A stretch of 64,000 bases of DNA from Amoebidium appalachense. Its lineage: Eukaryota > Protista > Ichthyosporea. This document shows positions 55,516-64,000 of this stretch, piece after piece (position 1 is the first letter of the stretch; each line of letters starts with the position of its first letter). The stretch lies in the NCBI GenBank assembly GCA_963693365.1, contig CAVNZM010000001.1, forward strand, positions 18,276,783-18,340,782, in the 5' to 3' direction. A program made the position numbers and the translations under genes. The notes below the pieces were generated by a model. That model saw only the letters and a list, made by a program, of their open reading frames with translations, ran no database searches and was not told where the DNA came from.

Positions 55516-57531
55516 GCATATGTGCATGTACATGTGAGCATTGGGCGGTCCGAGAAAGGGCTAAAAATTTGGGTAGCTGTGGATATCCTGAAAAATATTG
55601 TGTGGTGGTGTGGGTGCATCTCCGTGTTTGTGTTCCCAGCACACGGTGACACTGAGTGATATTAAGCACCACACTTGCCCCCCCCCCCCCCCCCCCCCCC
55701 CCCTGCGCGTAACCCCCCCCCTCCCAAAAGAGAGAACATATCTACCTAGCACATATCCAAATCTTCCTATATATGCTCCCTTCGCACATTGTTTCCCGTC
55801 CATCCCCCCCTCCCCCCCTCCCTCCCCCCAAAAAGAGACTCCACAGTCCAATTCTGCTTGCCTCCGTTCGATCCATTCCACCCTGCACCCACAGCCACAA
55901 GAGATATATTGCCCCCCCCCCCCCTCCCCCCCCCTTCCTCCCACTTCCCCTTTCTGTCACCTCTTCCTCCCTCCCCTACGTAGACACTCCTACCATGCAT
56001 TCCAAAGACACACCACCAACCACTGCCCTTCCCCTCTTCCCCCTACTGGACATATCCTTCCCCGCCTCCCTCCATTGCCCCCCCCCCCCCCCCCCCCCCT
56101 CCCCTTTCCCTGCCCCCCCCCCCCCTCCCCCCCCCCCCCCCCTCACTCCCCTCCCTCCCTCCTCCCCCTTCCCCTCCCAAGCACGCACCAGTGGATCCAG
56201 GGCGCCCAAATCCTTCAAGCGGTTGTTCATCAGAGAAAGGTAGCGCAGTGCCTTGCACCCCTTAAGATGCTCCAGCCCACCAGACAGCCGGTTGTCGTTC
56301 AGCTCCAGCTACCAACCGCACATATCAATTAGTCAGACTGTTCCAAACCCTACAAGAACCCCTCCTATACTTCTGCAAATTCTCCCCCCCCCCCCCCCCC
56401 CCTCCCGGCCCGGGCAAACAACCCCTTCCCGTAAGCAAAGAACTAAGTCGTGATTAACATCTTCCCCCCCCCCCCCCACCAAACCTCCCCCCTTCAGCTC
56501 CCCCCCCCCCTCTCCTCCCAACCTCCCGCCCCACCTCTGAACTTGCTCCCACTGCCAGAAAACCAACTCCACAAAACCTCCTTTGCACGACTAGAGTGCC
56601 AAAAGGTGCCTGCACAGGGGCATAAAAACCACACATCCCCACCTCCTCCTTTCCTCGGCTTTTTTCCTTAGGGTATACAAACCTAATCCCCCCTGTCTGC
56701 ACAGCCACTCTGTCAAAGCCACCAACCAGAATCCCTCAATCATTCTCCCCTCCCCCCCCTCCCCCCCCCTCCCCCCTCCTCCCCCTCCCCCCCCCCCCCC
56801 TAGCTATCACATATGCCACCCATATACCTTGACCAACTTGGCCAGTGGCGGGAACCCTTCCAGGCTTGTGAGTTTCATGTTGTTCATGGACAGGATCTCA
56901 ACATTTGGGAACTCGGCCAGCCGTTTTAGATCTCCAGGGGTCGCAGTAGTGCCATCGAAAGTGAGCTCACCAATCTGTGAGGCGGGATTGTGTAAGTCTA
57001 GAGGAAGTTGGCCCCTTGCGTGTTGGGGGAGGGGGGGGGGGGGGGGGGGGGGGCAAACCCGTGACCTTGCGCAACTGCACGACAGGTATACCAGTCTCAG
57101 CACATCAATTTTACATACACCGTGGCTCTCACACGTGCAATTCTCAGGCAACAACAGCACAATGAGGGTGATTAGCCACACCGTGTGTGCCTTCGAACGC
57201 GCGGCCAGGGAAATGTTGCAAACAAACTAGGAGAAATAAGCAATAAGTTGGCACCGTGCCAGACATGGACACATTTCCGCTGGCACGTCACCTCCTCCTC
57301 CACGTCAAGCCCTTCACCTCCACCCAGCACGTCCCAAGTTACAACTCCCTCTCCCTCCTCCCTGATGTCCCCCTTTCCGTTCCCCTTCACAGAAACCACC
57401 ACAGACATCCACCCGCTCAGGCACCCAGGTACATTACAGCCACCGAAGCTAATAATTATGATGTTTTTGAACACAGAACTTACCTCTGTGACCGCTTCCT
57501 TGGACCTTGCCCTTTTGATAACCTCCTCCAT
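52292..57531 (-). CDS. ANP32: Acidic leucine-rich nuclear phosphoprotein 32 family protein
   Basis: Exons 57531-57484, 56974-56828, 56308-56189, 55131-55007, 53923-53838, 53193-53147, 52444-52292, all GT-AG and phase-consistent. LRRs (LTSLEGFPPL, LELNDNRLSGGLE), LRR cap YRDDIFVLLPQLKYVDG, acidic tail, C-terminal NLS PAKKSR. Confidence 0.95.
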
Positions 57532-57984
57532 CCTTTCGTCGAACCCGGAGGGAAAGAAGGCTCAAGTACACGAAAGTGGACGTGTGTGGATTTTCTTTTG
57601 TTGGCTTAACCAAAGAAACGATTCAAGAGGGGAAAAAAACCAAAAATGCGTGCCTAAGCTAAGAAATAGCAAAGGAAAATTGGTTATTTGGTGGGAAAGG
57701 CAGCACTCGATTCAAGCATCCAAGTCATAAGTTGAAACTGTCTGAGAGCCTGTTGGTCACCTGAAAAGACAAGAGACCAAACTGGTGCTTTTGGATACGG
57801 CCAAAAAAAGAAAAAAGGCAGAGGGCAGCTATTGGTGAACCTTCAGTGGTAGCCTATTGTCTTATCCATGGAAATCTTTTGTTTCGTTCACGAAAAAACC
57901 GGCGCAACTTGGTGTGAGCACAGGAGTGACAGACTAGGCCCGGGACGGTTGACGGGGAAAACTTTCCCGCCGTTTTGGTCACGA

Positions 57985-58110
57985 GTGCGTGACGTCAGCA
58001 AGGAACAAGAGGCCTTGCGATGCTCCATGACGCCATGATGACGTCATCAGTCTGCAGCGGAGCGGGGCCGGCTTTTAAATCTTTCGAGTCCGCAGGCCAT
58101 GACGTAAAAA
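57985..58110. promoter_or_regulatory. CRE/ATF-like motif cluster in the divergent ANP32/AP3S promoter region
   Basis: TGACGTCA at ~57990 and ~58039 (within the palindrome tgatgacgtcatca), plus TGACG half sites at ~58028 and ~58100. Confidence 0.45.
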
Positions 58111-58207
58111 TTCATCTTGAAAGCCCTACAATAAGCTGTGAGCTCGCTGGAGTAATTTACATGACGGTAGTGTTTTTAGACTAGAGGTACTCGCTGTAGT
58201 ACTCACG

Positions 58208-58618
58208 CCGGGCGACTCTTGTTCAAAGTAATATGTACCTTCCACGAGAAGACACTCCGAAGTTAAAGCTCAATCGGCATTGATTGACCCAACTTTAATA
58301 TCCAATGGTTAGCAGTGTTTTAAATTTTGTAGTTTGATCTTGAGCCAAATTGATTTGTGATTGGTCAGTGTCTAGGTCTCAATTCAATCGTCATCTGGTA
58401 AAAAAGGGTTCTTTAATGAAAAACACATATATACTAATAAAACGTTTTATGGTCGCGCATCGCTAACAAACAAATTTTACCGCTCGATAGAGCTAAAAAT
58501 TAGCTTTCATTTAAGTATAGGGTCGAAGGGGTTTCGATCAATGCGATGGGTCGAAAATTACGAAGAAAAAAAAGTGTCTTCTCGTAGAAGGTACATCTTA
58601 GTTTTTTTGGGGGGCCGG
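58208..58618. mobile_element. MITE-like inverted-repeat element between ANP32 and AP3S
   Basis: atgtaccttc(c/t)acgagaagacact at 58233-58256 and inverted at 58573-58596 (23/24). Ends possibly CCGG; AT-rich interior; no TSD seen. Confidence 0.6.
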
Positions 58619-58826
58619 ACAACTACGGTAGTACAGCAGTAATCAGTACCAGTTTAGAAAGCGAGGCATTCGTGGGAAAAAATATATACGTGCGGTGCGG
58701 TCGTTCTGCTTTTATGGGGTCTTTTGTGCTTTTTGATTAGTATGAGATAACTACTTGTGTGCCAATCAACACCAATCTTCCAATTTCTCCCTCTTGCAGA
58801 CTGGGTGTATACACTTCCTTTAGAAA

Positions 58827-60425
58827 ATGATACACAATGTTATGGTGTTCAATAACCATGGGAAGCCCAGATTGCTGAAGTTCTACAAGCAAACGGTATG
58901 TTTCCCAGAAGCCATTCATTCTCTTAGACATGCACATCTTGAGAGGGTTGAGATTAAACAGCACGACTTGGTGTGAACTCCTGTGATGTGATGTGGATTC
59001 TTAGAAAGACAAGCCCTACCTACGAGTCTTGCTTTCAGTTCCTTAGGCTGGTCGTGAGTTTGTTTGCACATGAGAGAGGATGTGTTAGCCTGTTTGGTGC
59101 TTTGGATGCAACTTGCACCACTAGATCCACTATTAAGGACACCATGGAAATGCTGGGCTCGAGAACTTTACGCCTGCTCTAAACCGAGTTGGTTTCCCTC
59201 TTTTTTCACGCGTTCCTTCTTCCGCTAGTCTTTTAATGTTGACATCTCCTGTTCTCCACTCTACTGGCCTCTCTTACAATCCTCGCTGCGTCCTCTAGTC
59301 TATCGAAACCTCCTACCCCCCTCACCCTCCCCCCCCCCCCCCCCCCCTTTGCACCTCCACCGTTCTCCAACCTCTGACTCATTCATTACTCCTCCTGCCC
59401 CCTCTCTTTCCCCTCTCCATCCCTTCACCCCTCCCCCCTCCCACTTCCGCCCCCCACACCCCGCTCACACGTTTCTCCAAGAGAGAGAAGGGAGAGAGGG
59501 GAGCGAGGGAGGGAGAAGGAGAGGGAGTGAGCGACAGAGGGAGAGGCAGAGATAGGCACACAGGGAGGGATGGAGGGAGGGAGGGAGGGGGGGAGAGGGG
59601 GAGGGAGAGGGAGGGGATTAGGAGTAAGGGGGGTGGGGGGTGGAGAAGGGGAAGGGGGTGGTGGAAGGGAAAAGGGAGAGAGAGGGAGGAGGAGGGGGGA
59701 GAGGGGGGAGAAGGGAAGGGGGTGGAGAGTGGGGGTGGTTGAGGGAGGGAGAGTTGAAGGGGGTGAAGGGTGGGGAGGGGAGGAGGGGGGAGAGTGTGGG
59801 GGGGAGAGGGGGGGGGGGGGGGGAGGGGCTGTTAGAAGAGTGTCCTATCTGCAATCAATGGTACCAGATAGGCTTTCTGCGAGAGAGAGAGATTTGCTTT
59901 TGGCTTCGGGGCCCGGGGGAGGGGGAGGGGAGGGGGAAGAGGGAGGGGAGAGGGGTGGGGTGGGGGTGGGGGGGGGGGGGGGGGGGGGGAGGGGCTTGGG
60001 TAAGAGAGTGGCTACAAGTTGGGGAGGGGTGGAAAAGCTGACGATTCTGCATGAGGAAAGTGTGGCAAAGCAAAAGACACGAAGGTGATCGCAATACTAA
60101 TATCTATGGCGATTTTGGGAACAGCCCCTTGAGCTGCAGCAGCAGGTTCTCAAGGAGACGTTTCAGCTGGTCATGAAGCGCCCAGACACTGTGTGCAACT
60201 TTCTGGAAGGCGGAAAGTATGTTTACCCTCGCCCCTTTAGATATCTGGTGCCGTGAGAGAATGTTTTTTTATTTTTATTTTTATTTTTTTTTTTTGGGGG
60301 GGGGGAGGAGGGGGAGGGGAGGGGAGTGGTGGTTTGGGAAAGGTAGATGGTATGAGGGATTTTAAAGGACTGGGACATGGTAGATGTTGGGGGGAGGGGA
60401 GGGGGGAGGGAGGGAGGGAGAGAGG

Positions 60426-60460
<35 letters not shown>

Positions 60461-62012
60461 TGTGTGTGTGCATTTGTGTGTGTGTGTGTGTGTGTGGAGG
60501 GGGGAGAGAGGGGAGGTGAGGGTGGGAGTGGGAAGAGGGGGGGGGGGGGGGGGGGGGGGGCGGGGAGGGGGGGCAGGAGGATGAAGTGGTGGTATCTATC
60601 GGCATGTTGAAAAGGGACATGTTAATCTTCTGGGGTCGCGTACGGCTTATGGAGGCGAGATAAACAGGGTGATGCAGTGTTTACATGTCACAATGACGCT
60701 GTATAAAGGGGGAAAGGAATGACGAAGGTTGTCGTTTGCAGGCTGCTTGGAGGGAGAGACACGAGGGTGATCTACAGGCACTATGCCACCCTGTATTTTG
60801 TGTTCTGTGTAGACTCGTCGGAAAGCGAGCTGGGCATCCTTGATCTTATTCAGGTATGAAGCTGGATGGGTGGGTTGTACAAAGTGAAAATGTGTAATAG
60901 GTTTTCGACGCGGATTTTTCCATATAGGAACTGTAAAAAACGATTATGTGAAGCGATTATTCTACTTATTATGTTTGCGCTGGTGGGTCTACTTTCTTCA
61001 CGAATCGGATGATCACGACCATATCTTGGCCATTAGTTTTCATATATCCACGGACGGGTGATCACTGTAAGTGCGGCGGTTTATGCCCATGCACAAGCAT
61101 ACATGCATTCACACCCATTCATGCATCACATCTCTCCCCCAGAACCTCTCCAAATGCTCATTCACTTCTTTACTTGCCAATTCTTTGAACGAACACGACA
61201 GCTGCAGTAGCATGCACATGTTTGCCCTGTCCGCCTTAGTGTGTTTGCGTTTGCTGAGGTATGGTACCCGCAGGTATTTGTGGAGACCCTTGACCGGTAC
61301 TTTGAGAATGTTTGTGAGCTGGATCTTATCTTCAACTCGGAAAAGGTAGTAACCTCCCCGCCCCCCCCCCCCCCCCCCTTCCCCCTGACCCTTCCCCTTC
61401 GTTGCATAATACTCCCCCCTTAGGTATCGACGGGGGAGCTTCCTAGAAGCCCCGTCTCCTGAGTTCCTATCTATATTTTTCTTGCTTCTGCTTACTGCTG
61501 CAACTTTAACCCCCGGCCTTTCCCACTGCCCTTGCCTGCATAAGCAACCCTGCTCGTCTCTGTTCAAGGCGGGTGACCTACTCATGTTCAAGTGAAACAG
61601 TATCTGAGTTGGTTTTCGTTAACGAGGGGAATAGGTCGAAACTCGGGTACTGTGGATGACGTGGGCCCCCCCTGAGGATGGGCTCTGCTTATTATGCATA
61701 CTCTTTATGTATGGCTTGCATTCTGCATCGTGTTATCCGTTTGTTCTTGTGTACTTTGTACTTTTTGACGCATTCAACCCCCCCCCCCCCCCCCCCCCCC
61801 TCTCTCCCCCCCCTCCCCCTTTCTCCCCCTTCCTTCCCTTCCCCCCACTTACCACCCCACTTTTCTTTACAGCCGAGGTCGCTGTTCACACCTCCACTAT
61901 TATGGCTGCATATCCTGCCTCCTCTAATCTTTTTATAGCCTTCCCCATGTTCTGTTGCCCTGCACGTATCACATTGCGCCGAATCTTGTTTTTTGCTGGT
62001 GGTTGGGTTTTT

Positions 62013-62043
<31 letters not shown>

Positions 62044-63398
62044 TTATCACGGTTAGTAGAGCCTCCATTTCTGACTTGTTTGCCCCCCCCCCCCCCCCCT
62101 AACACACACACACAATTACATACATACACAGGTGCACCAGATCCTAGATGAGATTATAATGGGCGGTATGGTGGTCGAGACAAACATGGCTGTACGTACC
62201 CCCCCTCCCCCCACGGTCCCCGGGGAGACGATACCATTTGGATGGAACAATCCACCTCCCTCCCCTCCCCCCGCTACGTTTCCTTATCCCCCGTACACTG
62301 CATGCTTTGGCCATTATGGAGCGGGAAGTATCGACTTAGGTATCGACGGGGGAGCTTCCTAGAAGCCCCGTCTCCTGAGTTCCTATCTATATTTTTCTTG
62401 CTTCTGCTTACTGCTGCAACTTTAACCCCCGGCCTTTCCCACTGCCCTTGCCTGCATAAGCAACCCTGCTCGTCTCTGATCAAGACGGGTGACCTACTCA
62501 TGTTCAAGTGAAACAGTATCTGAGTTGGGTTTCGTTAACGAGGGGAATAGGTCGAAACTCGGGTACTGTGGATGACGTGGGCCCCCCCTGAGGATGGGCT
62601 CTGCTTATTATGCATACTCTTTATGTATGGCTTGCATTCTGCATCGTGTTATCCGTTTGTTCTTGTGTACTTCGTACTTTTTGACGCATTCAAAACCCCC
62701 CCCCCCCCCCCCCCCCCCTCCCCCCTGTGCTTCCCCTCTCTACCTGCGATGGGTACTCTTCGTGTGTGCCTTTCGAAAGCTGCTTTGTGTTGTCCATCGT
62801 CAATGTTTACTTCGTACTCTGTTGCACATTATGGAACTCTCCTTTACCCATTTCTCCCTGACTTCGATGCATGTATAAACAAAACAAAAGCAAGCACGCA
62901 CACCACTCTCACGTGGGCACACTGATGCGCCGTGCGCGTGAGCGCTCGCGCGCGCACACACACACACACACCAGACACAACATGCATGCACACACAAGCA
63001 TCGTGAATGTATATCCAGATACATGACGTATGCACCTATCCAGACATGGGGGAGAGGGGGGGGGGGGGGGGGGGGGTACAAGGGAGGGGGGATAGGAGCA
63101 GGAGCAAGAAACCGGAAAGCCACACGCTGCCATTGTTACCCATGCAGCCTAAATATTTGAGTTCTTCCACCGTATCTATTCCCGCCAACTCGTCATATTA
63201 GCACCCCACATTTTTTTGTGTCTTTCTTACAAGCATACTCCCGATTGATTGACTCTAATACCCGTGCAGGAAATTACAGCTGCGATAGACGGTCAGCTCA
63301 AGTTGGAGAAGTCAGAGCAGACGATGCCACAAATCCTGAGCTCGGCAAGCAACAAGATGGGCATGGGCATGACAATGGGCGGCAGAACACGGCTATAA
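58827..63398 (+). CDS. AP3S: AP-3 complex sigma subunit
   Basis: Exons 58827-58895 (MIHNVMVFNNHGKPRLLKFYKQT), 60125-60216 (VCNFLEGG), 60742-60853 (IYRHYATLYFVFCVDSSESELGILDLIQ), 61274-61345 (VFVETLDRYFENVCELDLIF), 62132-62191 (GGMVVETNM), 63270-63398 (EITAAIDGQLKLEKSE...*). All GT-AG. Confidence 0.97.
61419..61777 (+). repeat. 359-bp intronic repeat, copy 1 (AP3S intron 4); candidate structured RNA
   Basis: Matches 62335-62693 with no indels and about 4 substitutions. Confidence 0.95.
62335..62693 (+). repeat. 359-bp intronic repeat, copy 2 (AP3S intron 5); candidate structured RNA
   Basis: Offset 916 bp from copy 1; the flanking exons are not duplicated. Confidence 0.95.
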
Positions 63399-63841
63399 CT
63401 CATATGGCGACACTACCCTTTCTCAAAGCGACCCTGTTTCTCTGGCGTGAATACGTGCCATGCCAGCACGGGATCTCAGTGCATGTAGTATTCGTGGCAT
63501 ATGTAGCAGCCGAATCGACGTATTGCATCATACTGCATGTATCATGTGATTTTCATCCATCAACATGATTTGCGAATAGGGTGCCACGGTGCAAGGCTAG
63601 CAGTGTGTATCATACACGCACACACATACATTCACAAGGCGCACCTGCGGGGTCTAGATTTTGGGTGCGGTGGAGGATTGGGTGGGTGGAAGTCGGTGAT
63701 GCCGGCGGTTGTGTTTATGTGCATGTATGTGTGTGTGCTTGTGTGTGTGTGCTTGTGCGCGTGGTGGTGGTGGCGGTAGGTGGGTGGGTCGGTGGGTCAG
63801 TGGGTGGGGTGGTGTGTGTGTGTGTGTGTGTGTGTATGTTT

Positions 63842-63872
<31 letters not shown>

Positions 63873-64000
63873 GGGGGGGGGGGGAAGAGGTAACTTGCGC
63901 TCACGAGATAACCGTTGTTACAGTGGTAATTGTCCGGGACACATAAGATTTATGCATGCAAATGGTTTCTTTGGCAAGGCTGTTATGTGATTAATTGGCA

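Noticed and set aside
61630-61690. Hammerhead ribozyme (GAAAC and CTGAGGA present)
   Set aside because: Stems I and II cannot be formed around the core motifs.

Overview
Eukaryotic nuclear DNA, intron-rich, with introns and intergenic spacers saturated by G/C homopolymers and (CA)n/(GA)n microsatellites. Nearly all entries in the ORF track are spurious translations of these repeats. Exons were reconstructed by hand with splice phases checked. Genes: a 16-exon eukaryotic RNAi RNA-dependent RNA polymerase (RRM + DLDGD core, minus strand, running off the left edge), an S28 serine peptidase, a TSP1/ricin-B single-pass receptor, a syntenin-like tandem-PDZ gene, ANP32 head-to-head with AP-3 sigma, and a candidate 35-aa membrane microprotein. 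Mobile or foreign DNA: an intact two-ORF APE-RT LINE, a decayed relative of it, three MITE-like elements, a 41-bp minisatellite and an AT-rich probable NUMT (rps3-like, TGA=Trp). The gene set is consistent with a unicellular holozoan such as an ichthyosporean, but this is inference only. The most unusual signals are a 359-bp structured sequence duplicated in two consecutive AP3S introns, a spacerless 210-bp palindrome inside an RdRP intron, and a directional ordering of the simple repeats.
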